NCBI GenBank assembly: GCA_037142735.1
Contig: JBAXAB010000002.1
Location: forward strand, 11,988 to 75,987
DNA: 64,000 nt
Reading direction: 5' to 3'
Source: a bacterium
GTDB taxonomy: Bacteria; Patescibacteriota; Minisyncoccia; Phycocordibacterales; CAIZLB01
The notes under the pieces were generated by a model, which saw only the letters and a list, made by a program, of their open reading frames with translations, was not told the origin of the DNA and ran no database searches. Positions 17,636 to 27,369 of this stretch are shown one piece after another. Each line of letters starts with the position of its first letter. Position 1 is the first letter of the stretch. Position numbers and translations under genes: made by a program.

Positions 17636-18877
17636 TTATCTTTTTATATTGATCTTTAAAAATCTTTTCTTTCCAACCTTTACTGTCACGTCCTGATCTA
17701 TGGTGATTGAGAAAGAATCCACCTTTTGATTTTCGTTAATGTTTACTGCACCCTCCTTTACTAATCTTTTAAACTCTCCGACAGAATCTATAAGGTTATT
17801 TTCGAAAAGGATCTTTGACAACAACTCGCCCGACACAACAGAGACTGTCTGGATCTCATCAGGCAGCTGGTGTTTTTGGAATGTTTGCGTAAAGTTTTTT
17901 CCTGCAGACAATGCCTTGTGTTCATCGTAGTACAGAGAAACCACTTCGTGAGCAAGCTTCATTTTCACATCACGCGGGTTCGTTTCAGTTCTTCCGAGGT
18001 CATCAGAAATATTTTTTAAATCTTGATCTGTGATCCTGGTGCACAACTCAAAACCAGGAACTATCATACTGTCGGTCCAACTCATAACCTTTCCGTACAT
18101 TTCATTTGGCCCATCTTCTAGAGTCACCATGTTCCCCTCGCTCTTACCCATTTTTTTACCTGAAGAGTCAGTGAGGAGTTTCATAGTAAGGACAAACTTT
18201 TCTTTATTGTTAATTTTCTTCTGAAAATCACGCCCTACCAACATATTAAATAGCTGGTCATTACCACCGACCTCAACATCTACATCGAGAATCACACTAT
18301 CGTAACCCTGCATTAATGCATACATAAATTCATGTAGGTAAATTGGCTTGCCTTCTAATACTCTTTTTTCAAACATATCGCGCTTTAACAATTGGTCCAC
18401 AGTAATCAAAGAAGACAGCTTTAGGATGTCTGAAAAATTCATCTTTTTCAACCATTTTGAGTTGTTCAAAACCTTAGCTGGGTTTTTACCCTTAAAATTT
18501 AAAATTTTAGCTGCCTGTTCTACGTATTTTTTAGCATTAGAAGCGACCTCATTTTCGGTTAAAACCTTACGAGCTGTGTCTTTGCCTGTCGGGTCTCCAA
18601 TTGTTGCAGTAAAACCACCAATCAGCAGAACAATTTCATGCCCCAAATCCTGAAACTGTCTTAGCTTTTCAAGCCAAATTGAATGACCAAGATGAAGGAA
18701 GGGTCCTGTTGGATCAATACCTGTATAGATTTTAAGGCGTTGGCCTGATTTTAACTTGGAGCGCAAAAAATCAACAGAAGGGAGTATTTGTTCCACCCCC
18801 CTATTTAATAAATGTTCAATTTTTTCCTCATCTTTCTTGGTAATAGGTCCTATTTGTGTTTTTTTTCCAAAAATCAT
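17636..18877 (-). CDS. tyrS: tyrosine--tRNA ligase
   Basis: class I HIGH (HLGH) and KMSKS (KMGKS) motifs, C-terminal S4-like domain. Confidence 0.9.
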   Translation of the reverse strand: MIFGKKTQIGPITKKDEEKIEHLLNRGVEQILPSVDFLRSKLKSGQRLKIYTGIDPTGPFLHLGHSIWLEKLRQFQDLGHEIVLLIGGFTATIGDPTGKDTARKVLTENEVASNAKKYVEQAAKILNFKGKNPAKVLNNSKWLKKMNFSDILKLSSLITVDQLLKRDMFEKRVLEGKPIYLHEFMYALMQGYDSVILDVDVEVGGNDQLFNMLVGRDFQKKINNKEKFVLTMKLLTDSSGKKMGKSEGNMVTLEDGPNEMYGKVMSWTDSMIVPGFELCTRITDQDLKNISDDLGRTETNPRDVKMKLAHEVVSLYYDEHKALSAGKNFTQTFQKHQLPDEIQTVSVVSGELLSKILFENNLIDSVGEFKRLVKEGAVNINENQKVDSFSITIDQDVTVKVGKKRFLKINIKR

Positions 18878-18973
18878 AGGTAGAGTTTATCACAAAAATA
18901 GAGCTATTGACCACAATTTTCTATTGTGTAGCATTGGTCAGTTGGTGGAGATAACCACAGGCAAATAATACAA

Positions 18974-21511
18974 ATGAACAAAATTATAAGTATAATGGTA
19001 GGTGTCGCAGATTTTATAATAGAAAAAATTGGTATAGCTTTAGAAAAAGCGACCTTTTTTGTAAGAAAACTAATTCACTTGTCTACTCATCATATTTCAA
19101 AAACCAATTACAAGACAAGCAAAAAACGCCTACTTGTAGATGCTTTATTGGTCTTAATTACCCTAGCGTTTCTCGGGTTAGCGGTCGTTGTCTTTTGGGC
19201 AGTTTCCCTAAAAACACCTAGCCCTGACTCTTTTGACAACAGACTGCTTGGTCAATCGGCCAAAATATATGACAGAACCGGCACCATTCTCCTTTATGAC
19301 TTGAGCCAAAAGATTCGAAGAACTGTGGTTCCTTTCGATAAAATATCACCTTATATTAAGAAAGCTTCTATTGCTATCGAGGATGAAAACTTTTATCAAC
19401 ACGGTGGTATTCAGGCCAAATCTATCATTCGAGCGATATTTGCAAACATTCTTTCTTTGAAGTTTAGCCAGGGTGGCTCTACTATCACCCAGCAAGTGGT
19501 CAAAAACTCACTCCTTTCTAACGACAAATCCATTGCGAGAAAAATCAAAGAATGGATTCTGTCTATAAAACTAGAACAAGTTGCGGATAAGGACACTATT
19601 TTAAACATGTACTTAAACGGGTCGCCTTATGGGGGAAACATTTACGGTGTAGGTGAGGCCACAGAACAGTTTTTTGGAAAAAAGCCTGATGAAGTAAATC
19701 TTGCAGAGGCTGCGTATATTGCAGCCCTTCCCCAGTCTCCAACTACACTGTCTCCTTATGGCACCAATACTCAGAAATTGGAAGATCGTAAAAATACTGT
19801 CTTGAGAAAAATGTTGGACCTAAAGACGATCACCCAAAGTGAATATGACGAAGCCCTTAAAATAAAAGTTGTTTTCCAACCAAAAAACCTTGCTGGGATC
19901 AAGGCTCCTCACTTTGTAATGTATATAAAAGATTACTTAGAAAATAAGTATGGAGATGACATGCTTCAAAACGGGGGTCTAAAAATTGTTACAACCCTAG
20001 ACTACGACCTTCAACAAAAAACTGAAGACATCGTAAAGAAATATGTTATTGATAATCAAAAAAACTTTAAAGCTACTAATGGTTCTATGGTTGCTACTGA
20101 TCCAAAGACAGGACAGATTCTTATGATGGTTGGATCACGAGATTATTTTGACAAAGACATAACTGGAAACTTTAACGTAGCAACGGCCCGAAGACAGCCA
20201 GGGTCTTCCTTCAAACCTTTTGTGTACGGAACAGCCTTTAACCAAGGATATCTTCCTGAAACACCTGTTTTTGACGTTAATACTGAATTTAACTCGGGAT
20301 GTACCGTTTCTGGAACTCCCATTTCAGGAAGTGCTAAGTGTTATCACCCACAAAACTATAGTCTCAACTATAAAGGACTCATGAGCTTCAGACAGGCGTT
20401 AGGAGCGTCTCAAAACATCCCTGCGGTTAAAGTTTTATATTTAGTTGGAGTAGATAATGCAATTAAAACGGCTCGGGCTATGGGAATTGAAGGTCTCTCT
20501 GGTGCAAATCAGTATGGACTATCTCTTGCTCTTGGTGGAGCAGAGGTTTCATTACTCGACATGACTTCTGCATATGGGGTATTTGCAAATAATGGGTTAA
20601 GAAATCCAACAACAGGAGTATTGAGCGTCACGACAGCTGATGGTCAAGTATTAGAATCGTATGATTCTCAGAAAACAACAGGTCAACAAGTGATTCCAGT
20701 TCAAACTGCTGAAATGATGAACGATGTTTTGTCAGATATATATGCCAGAAATTCAATTTTTACTCTTTCTTATACAGGAGACAGACAGGTGGCTATTAAA
20801 ACAGGAACAACCAACAGCTCTCGTGATGCTTGGACTATTGGTTACACTCCGAGTATCTCAATTGGGGCGTGGATGGGAAACAATGATAACACTCCGATGG
20901 CTCAAATCGCTTCTGCTAGAATTGTCTCCCCTATGTGGAAACAAGTTCTTGATTATGCCCTCCAAAAAGTACCTGTTGAACAATTCGAAAAACCTGTGTA
21001 CGACGATTCTGCTAAAAAACCTTTCATTCGCGGAGTTTGGCACACCAACAGCGGTGAAGTTCATTCTGAACTATATTGGATTGATAGATCTAACCCTATG
21101 GGGCCACAACCTTCAAACCCCTCTTCCGATCCTGAATTCAATTTATGGGAAGCTGGAGTGACTGGTTGGGCTCAATCTGGATCTGCACAAGGACTCCTCC
21201 CTCAGCCTGTTATTAACCCTTTAAATCAATCTGGGGCATTTGGTGTAAGAATAGACAGCCCTGTATACACACCTAAAAATAATCGAATAACTGTCAGTGT
21301 TTACAACTATGCTCCGGAAACATCGAAAGTCGACTATACAGTTAATGGTGAAAGTATTGGGACAGCAACACAAGCACCTTTCTCTATTTTGTTTACACCA
21401 GCACAAGTGAAAGGTCTTCAGGATGAAAACGAAATCAAAGCTACAGCTTTTGATCTTTTAGGTAGACATTTTGAAGCAACAACGGTCTTTTCAACTGATT
21501 CTGGAAACTAA
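18974..21511 (+). CDS. class A penicillin-binding protein (glycosyltransferase + transpeptidase)
   Basis: N-terminal TM helix; GT51 motifs (EDENFYQHGG, GGSTITQQ); transpeptidase SxxK (SSFKPF), SxN, KTGT; extra C-terminal beta-rich extension. Confidence 0.85.
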   Translation: MNKIISIMVGVADFIIEKIGIALEKATFFVRKLIHLSTHHISKTNYKTSKKRLLVDALLVLITLAFLGLAVVVFWAVSLKTPSPDSFDNRLLGQSAKIYDRTGTILLYDLSQKIRRTVVPFDKISPYIKKASIAIEDENFYQHGGIQAKSIIRAIFANILSLKFSQGGSTITQQVVKNSLLSNDKSIARKIKEWILSIKLEQVADKDTILNMYLNGSPYGGNIYGVGEATEQFFGKKPDEVNLAEAAYIAALPQSPTTLSPYGTNTQKLEDRKNTVLRKMLDLKTITQSEYDEALKIKVVFQPKNLAGIKAPHFVMYIKDYLENKYGDDMLQNGGLKIVTTLDYDLQQKTEDIVKKYVIDNQKNFKATNGSMVATDPKTGQILMMVGSRDYFDKDITGNFNVATARRQPGSSFKPFVYGTAFNQGYLPETPVFDVNTEFNSGCTVSGTPISGSAKCYHPQNYSLNYKGLMSFRQALGASQNIPAVKVLYLVGVDNAIKTARAMGIEGLSGANQYGLSLALGGAEVSLLDMTSAYGVFANNGLRNPTTGVLSVTTADGQVLESYDSQKTTGQQVIPVQTAEMMNDVLSDIYARNSIFTLSYTGDRQVAIKTGTTNSSRDAWTIGYTPSISIGAWMGNNDNTPMAQIASARIVSPMWKQVLDYALQKVPVEQFEKPVYDDSAKKPFIRGVWHTNSGEVHSELYWIDRSNPMGPQPSNPSSDPEFNLWEAGVTGWAQSGSAQGLLPQPVINPLNQSGAFGVRIDSPVYTPKNNRITVSVYNYAPETSKVDYTVNGESIGTATQAPFSILFTPAQVKGLQDENEIKATAFDLLGRHFEATTVFSTDSGN

Positions 21512-21762
21512 ACAAATCTCTTTATCTGCCTGTCTTTCAGTTTTTCACTTAAAATCATTAAAATTTTAGCCTGGTTCATAAATACAGTATTCCTTTCGGG
21601 GGAACTAATGTTTAATTTTATAGAATCTTTAGAAAAATCAATTTTTTTAGAATCTATAATAAAACCACACACCTCTTTTATTGTGGAAACAACAAAATCC
21701 TTGTCTTCTTGTGGATTTTTAATGCCAATAATTTTTGAAATCAATTCTTTGATGTCCTTCAT
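21508..21762 (-). CDS. small hypothetical protein downstream of dnaN
   Basis: 84-aa ORF in the position often held by DUF721/small RNA-binding proteins; no motif recognised. Confidence 0.35.
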   Translation of the reverse strand: MKDIKELISKIIGIKNPQEDKDFVVSTIKEVCGFIIDSKKIDFSKDSIKLNISSPERNTVFMNQAKILMILSEKLKDRQIKRFV

Positions 21763-21780
21763 GTTTTTCTTATACCAAAA

Positions 21781-22881
21781 TTAGCGGTTCATGGGCATAA
21801 CTACGTATGAAAACGAATCATCATTTACAACTTTTATTACCAAAGGTGTATTTGTACCACTAAACATAAAAGTAAGACTGTCTGCTTTCAAAGAATTAAA
21901 AGCATCACTAATATATCTAAAATTAAAATTCAGACTAAGGTCGTCCCCTTTTACTGTTGCATTAATTAGAGAGGAATTTTCTCCAACTTCGTTGTTTTTA
22001 GAGATTATTTCCATCTGTTTCTCTTTTGAGTGGACGGTTAGTTTTACGTGATTAAAGGTATCAGTGAAAATAGTGCTTAGTTTTAAGCTGTTTATGAGGT
22101 CTTGTTTCAAAATAGTGACCTCAGAGGTAAACTCTTTTGGAAAAATAGCCTTATAATTAGGAAAGTTTCCTTCTGTTGTTCTTGAGACAAGATACAAATC
22201 GTCAACCATAATAGCCATTTGATTTTTATCTATCAAAATTGATATTTCAGCCTTTATATCGTCAATAATCCTTATAATTTCAGAGACGTTCTTGATAGGA
22301 ACAAGAATTGCAGGAAAATCTACTCCTTTTTTTGTTCTTACTTTCTTTTCAGCAAGACGGAAGCCATCTGTGGCAACAAAAACAATAGAATCTCCCTCAG
22401 GATAGATTTTAACACTAGATAGCTCTGGTTTTATAGTAGAGGTAGCGGAACTGTATGAAACACTCCTTAAACCCTCTATAAAGTCTTCTGAGGCTATATT
22501 AAAACCATTAGGTGATTCAATTCGCGGTATTGAAGGAAATTCTTCAGGGGAGAAACTTTTGATAATCGTACTGTTTTTTGAAGTTGATACGTGAAGATTG
22601 TTTTCTATGGTCTCTAATATTATAGATTTTTCGTTTCCAACATTTGAAAGAAATCCGTTCAAGATCGTACCCGGTGCAGCTACCTGTCCTTTTTCTGTCA
22701 CTTTAACAGGAATTTGAATTTCAATCCCTAAATCCAAGTTAGTGGCTTTGATAGTTAAACTATTATCCTGCGCTTCTATAAATATGCACTTCAAAATAGG
22801 CAAAGAAGCGTTTCTTCCGGTGACTTTTTCTGCTTTCGCTACAGCATGTGCCAGTTTTTCTTTAACGGATTCAATTTTCAT
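21781..22881 (-). CDS. dnaN: DNA polymerase III beta sliding clamp
   Basis: 366 aa, three-domain clamp; sits immediately downstream of dnaA. Confidence 0.85.
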   Translation of the reverse strand: MKIESVKEKLAHAVAKAEKVTGRNASLPILKCIFIEAQDNSLTIKATNLDLGIEIQIPVKVTEKGQVAAPGTILNGFLSNVGNEKSIILETIENNLHVSTSKNSTIIKSFSPEEFPSIPRIESPNGFNIASEDFIEGLRSVSYSSATSTIKPELSSVKIYPEGDSIVFVATDGFRLAEKKVRTKKGVDFPAILVPIKNVSEIIRIIDDIKAEISILIDKNQMAIMVDDLYLVSRTTEGNFPNYKAIFPKEFTSEVTILKQDLINSLKLSTIFTDTFNHVKLTVHSKEKQMEIISKNNEVGENSSLINATVKGDDLSLNFNFRYISDAFNSLKADSLTFMFSGTNTPLVIKVVNDDSFSYVVMPMNR

Positions 22882-23180
22882 TTCTTTATTGTATGTATTT
22901 AATTTTTATTTAATTTTTTACAAACCCCTTATTATTAGTCCTGTTGATATGTGGATAATCCCCAATCCCTTTTAATCTCTTTGTCTAATCGAAATTTTTA
23001 TCCCCACTCGTTTGTATAAGGTGTTGTTGGTTTGCGGGAAAAGTTCCATTGTTTATTTTTTCTGTGGAGAACTCCTTAATTATACACAACCTATTCTAAA
23101 ATAATTATGTATTTATCCTATACTTTTCCCGAAGTTTTCCACCGCTAGTACACAATCTTATTAACAAAAGATACAATTTT
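22882..23180. promoter_or_regulatory. candidate oriC (dnaA-dnaN spacer with DnaA-box cluster)
   Basis: AT-rich 299-bp spacer with TGTGGATAA (22950-22958, perfect), TTATCCCCA (22998-23006), TGTGGAGAA (23063-23071), TTATCCTAT (23113-23121). Confidence 0.55.
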
Positions 23181-24512
23181 TTAAATGAGCGCCTTAATCT
23201 GGTTTATTTCTCCGGCCAGTTCACTGTTGTTTTTCAATTCGTTTCTAATCTTTTCACACGAGTGAATGATGGTTGTATGGTCTCTTCCTCCCATTTTTTG
23301 TCCAATTGACGGGAAAGAGTGGTTAAATTCTTCACGGAGAAGATACATGGCCACTTGTCTGGGTTTAACTATCTCTTGGCGGCGAGTTTTGCTGTAAATA
23401 ATCTCTTCTTCTATGTTGTAGTAAGCAGAAACGGCCTTTATAACATCCTTAGCAGAGACATTTTTCTGAGGTTTTGTGGTATTTTTGGTAAGATTCTTAA
23501 TTTCCAACAGTGTTAAGTCCCGGTTCTTTAACTGGGACTGACAAATAATATTGTTTAAGATCCCTTCTAGTTCTCGAATGCTGCCGTGTACTGTTGTGGC
23601 AAGGAAGTCAGCTGTTTCGTGAGGTAAGTTAAAATTTCCATGCAGAGCTTTGGTCTTCAGGATGGCAATACGAGACTCTTGGTCAACAGGAGAAATATCA
23701 ATGATCATTCCCTGCATAAATCTTGATTTTAAACGATCCTCGAGGTTTTGGAGGTAATTGGGGTGCATATCAGAAGAAAAGATAATCTGTTTATTGCTGT
23801 CATATAAATAGTTGAACAGATGAAACAATTCTTCCTGGGTCTTTTCCTTATTAGAAAGAAATTGGATATCATCCATTATAAAAACATCGTATTTTCGGTA
23901 CTTTTCCTTAAAATTGTTAACTTTGTTGGCCTGCACAGCATTTACATAGTCCACCGTGAACTTTTCTGAGGTTACGTAGTGTACCCTCTTCTCTTTGTTG
24001 TGGTTTTTAAAGTAGTTCCCTACCGCCTGCATAAGGTGGGTTTTTCCCAAGCCGGTATTTCCGTGGAAAAAGAGCGGGTTATAAGCCACTGGCTTCTTTA
24101 AAATTGCCTGGGAAGCCGCATGCGCCAGTTCGTTAAAGGGCCCAACCACAAAAGTTTCGAAAGTATAGCGTGGATTAAGGTTGTCTTCAGGATTTATAAC
24201 AAGATTGTCCAAAGGAAGTTCTTTTGTGGGTCCTGGCTGAGGTGTTTTATCAGACTTTTTCTTCTCAGCTTGTCCTATTGAATACTCTAAAGACCTAACG
24301 TTTTCCTCTATATTACGTAAAGATTGCAAAATAACCTTATGGTACTTGGTCTGGAGCCAATCTTTAACAAAAGTGTTAGGAACCGCAAGAAACACTACAC
24401 CGTCCTCAATTTTGGATATAAAAGTATCTTTGAACCACGTGGTGAAGTTCGGGCGCGAGACTTCGAGTTCAACTTGAACCAAAGCTGTATCCCAAATTTT
24501 CTGTGTGTTCAT
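23181..24512 (-). CDS. dnaA: chromosomal replication initiator DnaA
   Basis: 443 aa; AAA+ Walker A GNTGLGKTHL, domain IV DNA-binding helix-turn-helix. Confidence 0.9.
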   Translation of the reverse strand: MNTQKIWDTALVQVELEVSRPNFTTWFKDTFISKIEDGVVFLAVPNTFVKDWLQTKYHKVILQSLRNIEENVRSLEYSIGQAEKKKSDKTPQPGPTKELPLDNLVINPEDNLNPRYTFETFVVGPFNELAHAASQAILKKPVAYNPLFFHGNTGLGKTHLMQAVGNYFKNHNKEKRVHYVTSEKFTVDYVNAVQANKVNNFKEKYRKYDVFIMDDIQFLSNKEKTQEELFHLFNYLYDSNKQIIFSSDMHPNYLQNLEDRLKSRFMQGMIIDISPVDQESRIAILKTKALHGNFNLPHETADFLATTVHGSIRELEGILNNIICQSQLKNRDLTLLEIKNLTKNTTKPQKNVSAKDVIKAVSAYYNIEEEIIYSKTRRQEIVKPRQVAMYLLREEFNHSFPSIGQKMGGRDHTTIIHSCEKIRNELKNNSELAGEINQIKALI

Positions 24513-24657
24513 AGTGGTTGCTATTATAGCTGTTCACAAACTCTTTGGAACTTGTGGAAAGTTTATAAACATGTTGATAAGGTGTGGACGGGGTGGATAA
24601 CCTCATTTCAACATATAATTTTGCCAAATCGGATAAATAGTATATACTCTCCCCATC
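24513..24657. promoter_or_regulatory. dnaA/rpmH divergent promoter region with DnaA-box-like sites
   Basis: gGTGGATAA at 24592-24600 (1 mismatch), TGTGGAaAg and TGTGGAcgg nearby. Confidence 0.35.
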
Positions 24658-24792
24658 ATGTCTCAAACATATAATCCATCAAAGCGAAAAAGAGCAACCA
24701 CTCACGGGTTTCTTGTTCGATCTAAAACTCACGGAGGCAAGCGCGTTCTAAAGGCTAGACGTCGAAAGGGACGAAAGAAGCTTTCTGTATAA
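24658..24792 (+). CDS. rpmH: 50S ribosomal protein L34
   Basis: 44-aa product [44 protein letters not shown]; not in the ORF track (<60 aa); canonical position before rnpA. Confidence 0.85.
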   Translation: MSQTYNPSKRKRATTHGFLVRSKTHGGKRVLKARRRKGRKKLSV

Positions 24793-24804
24793 GGGTTTTG
24801 TACT

Positions 24805-25158
24805 ATGTTGCCAAAAAAACAAAGACTAACTTCTGTTGAAATAGAAGAGGTTATGATCAAAGGAAAGCCACTCTTTTCTGATTTTTTTGTGGTTAAATTC
24901 ATAAAAAACCACACATTAGAGATTGCGCAGGGTTTTAAGATCTCAGCTGTGTCTCCAAAAAAACCTTTTTCCACAGCCGCTCTTCGTAACAAGGCTCGCC
25001 GTAGAATATACTCTGCTCTAACTTCTTTTTTGGAGACACAAAAACCAAAATCAGGACTTCTAATTGCTATTGTTGGAAATAAAAAAGTCCTGGATATTCC
25101 CCTTTCTGACTTAAGTTTCTCTCTAGAGCAGACTTTCAGAAAAGGAGGTATACTGTAG
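24805..25158 (+). CDS. rnpA: ribonuclease P protein component
   Basis: 117 aa, basic, RnpA-like; rpmH-rnpA-yidC synteny. Confidence 0.8.
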   Translation: MLPKKQRLTSVEIEEVMIKGKPLFSDFFVVKFIKNHTLEIAQGFKISAVSPKKPFSTAALRNKARRRIYSALTSFLETQKPKSGLLIAIVGNKKVLDIPLSDLSFSLEQTFRKGGIL

Positions 25159-25161
25159 CCC

Positions 25162-25896
25162 ATGTTTTCATCATTTTATAACAATTTTCTTTATCATCCT
25201 TTATACAACGGCCTTGTTTATCTTATTGGGGTTGTCCCCTACCACGACGTTGGTATAGCGGTAGTGGTTCTTACTTTGGTAGTTAAGTTTATCCTTTTCC
25301 CTCTTTCAAAGAAGAGTGTAGTAACTCAGATCAAAATGAAACAGCTTGATCCTGAATTAAAAGCATTACAGGCAAAGTATAAAGATAATCGACAGGAATT
25401 GTCGCAACAATTACTTACGTTCTATAAAAAGAATCAATTAAACCCTTTCTCTGGCCTTTTTCTGATCCTTCTCCAGTTGCCTATTATCTTTGCTCTTTAT
25501 AAAGTTTTTTACTCTGGAGACATCCACATTATAAATACAACAATTCTCTATTCTTTTGTGGGCATTCCCGCTGCTATTAATACTATTTTCTTGGGAATAT
25601 TCGACCTTGCTATTAAACACTCGCTTTTCCTATCTATATTTGTCGGTATTACCCAGTTTATCCAAGCTCAGTTGGTTGTTCCTCCCCACGATAAAACTAA
25701 ACCAATAGATCCTAAAGACATGGGACAAAATTTGGCTCGTAGTATGAATACTCAAATGAAGTATGTTCTACCTGTATTTGTTGCCTTTATTTCATATTCC
25801 TTAGCCAGTCTGGTTTCTGTCTACTGGATCACAAGTAACATTTTCGCTATCGGTCAAGAGTTGTATTTCCGTAAAACTATTAAGAAGAAGTCTTAA
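25162..25896 (+). CDS. yidC: membrane protein insertase YidC (short Gram-positive/CPR type)
   Basis: 244 aa, five TM helices, conserved hydrophilic groove region; synteny after rnpA. Confidence 0.8.
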   Translation: MFSSFYNNFLYHPLYNGLVYLIGVVPYHDVGIAVVVLTLVVKFILFPLSKKSVVTQIKMKQLDPELKALQAKYKDNRQELSQQLLTFYKKNQLNPFSGLFLILLQLPIIFALYKVFYSGDIHIINTTILYSFVGIPAAINTIFLGIFDLAIKHSLFLSIFVGITQFIQAQLVVPPHDKTKPIDPKDMGQNLARSMNTQMKYVLPVFVAFISYSLASLVSVYWITSNIFAIGQELYFRKTIKKKS

Positions 25897-25899
25897 AAA

Positions 25900-27312
25900 C
25901 TAACGAGTTTTAGTGCTGCTTGCACTAGTTGTAGATGTTGGTGTTGTTATAACTGCTGCAGGTTTACCCAGTTTCAGTCCCCAGAATGAATAAGTATTCT
26001 TGTCTGTAAATACCAAGTAGTCGTCATTTTTACTTAGGCTTAGGCTTGTGATATCAAATGGTATTTTGGTTAGAGCGGTTGGGTTAAGTATGAATGTGCT
26101 TTCCCCGGTACTCAGGTTAAACTTCCAGATGCTGTCATCGAAGTGTACTGTGCCCATGTACCAATCATCAGGATAGTTGTTTTGGTTTGGAACTTGCTTT
26201 GGAACCGCACAATACACAACAGACGGTTCTTTGTTGCCCCACACGCATTTCTCAGGCATAGTTTGTGCAAACAGTGTCCTTTCTGATGTGTCTTTTATAT
26301 TGTGAACAATCAATTGTAGTCCGTTATTGTTAGTGTCGCTGTATAGAATATTCTTTCCGTCTTTTGATACAAGGGTTGTTAAACCAGTTACACCACCTAG
26401 CACTTTTTTAATGGTAGAAGTTTTAACATCCAATGAATATAAATATCCATAAGCCAGAGCCGAAGGTTTTGTGTTTAAAAAGATTGTGCTGGCGCTTCCC
26501 CATTGTGGAAGCCATTCTCTGAACGGAGAATCAAAAATTCCAATTTTAGAACCACCGTCTAAGTTTGCAATGGTTCCTCGAGGGTTACCATTCCTAACAT
26601 AGAAGAAACGTGTTTTGTCAGGAGACATTGCCATCTCTGTAACGTTTAAAGGAAGGTTCGCGACGGTGGTTGTTGCAATACTTGATGTTGCTAAGTTTGG
26701 AATTTCCTGCAGACTCATTAGTCTAGTCTGTATACCATCGTCCCCTACTATGTTTCTTATAATTACTTGGTTTCCTGAGGTATTAAAATATGCTTCTTGT
26801 AGTTTTGTTAAGGTAACGTTTGTTAATCGATCGAGCTCGTTTGTGCTTGTTGCTGTTTCATAGATATTTCCATTAGCCTTTAAAATAAAACGGATAAATT
26901 CCATAGGCACAAGTTTTCGTTTACTTAAGGCCAATTTAATTTCTTTTGTGGATGTCCCTGTTGGGGTGCTAGATGTAGAAATGTCTACGTTTCTGGTTAT
27001 AAAGTCCCCTCCTGCTACAGGTTGAGCAGAGATTAGTCGCAATACATAGATGGGTTTTGTGGTAGTCGCAGGAGTTTGGTTAGTAGAGGTGCTTGAATCT
27101 GTGTCAAAAGATCCCAAGTTTTTATTTTTAGCAGTGTTTTGAGTTGAATCAAGATTGACCTGATCAAATCCATAAAAAGTTGGAGTATTTTTTGCGATAG
27201 GATTTTGAGGTTCTGGGATAACTCTATTCAAATAAAAATAGAAACCTAAAAGCCCTCCAATTGAAACGATGAGTATTATAAAAACAGCGATGGTAACTTT
27301 CGAGCTGGACAT
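25900..27312 (-). CDS. membrane-anchored protein with Ser/Thr-rich linker and beta-propeller-like (TolB-like) repeats
   Basis: 470 aa; N-terminal TM helix, low-complexity S/T region, repeated DGK/DD..Y beta-strand motifs; last gene of the T4SS-like minus-strand operon. Confidence 0.4.
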   Translation of the reverse strand: MSSSKVTIAVFIILIVSIGGLLGFYFYLNRVIPEPQNPIAKNTPTFYGFDQVNLDSTQNTAKNKNLGSFDTDSSTSTNQTPATTTKPIYVLRLISAQPVAGGDFITRNVDISTSSTPTGTSTKEIKLALSKRKLVPMEFIRFILKANGNIYETATSTNELDRLTNVTLTKLQEAYFNTSGNQVIIRNIVGDDGIQTRLMSLQEIPNLATSSIATTTVANLPLNVTEMAMSPDKTRFFYVRNGNPRGTIANLDGGSKIGIFDSPFREWLPQWGSASTIFLNTKPSALAYGYLYSLDVKTSTIKKVLGGVTGLTTLVSKDGKNILYSDTNNNGLQLIVHNIKDTSERTLFAQTMPEKCVWGNKEPSVVYCAVPKQVPNQNNYPDDWYMGTVHFDDSIWKFNLSTGESTFILNPTALTKIPFDITSLSLSKNDDYLVFTDKNTYSFWGLKLGKPAAVITTPTSTTSASSTKTR

Positions 27313-27369
27313 TACGGATATTATATCATTAATCTAAAAGCAAAATAAATAGTTTGTGCACTACGGATT

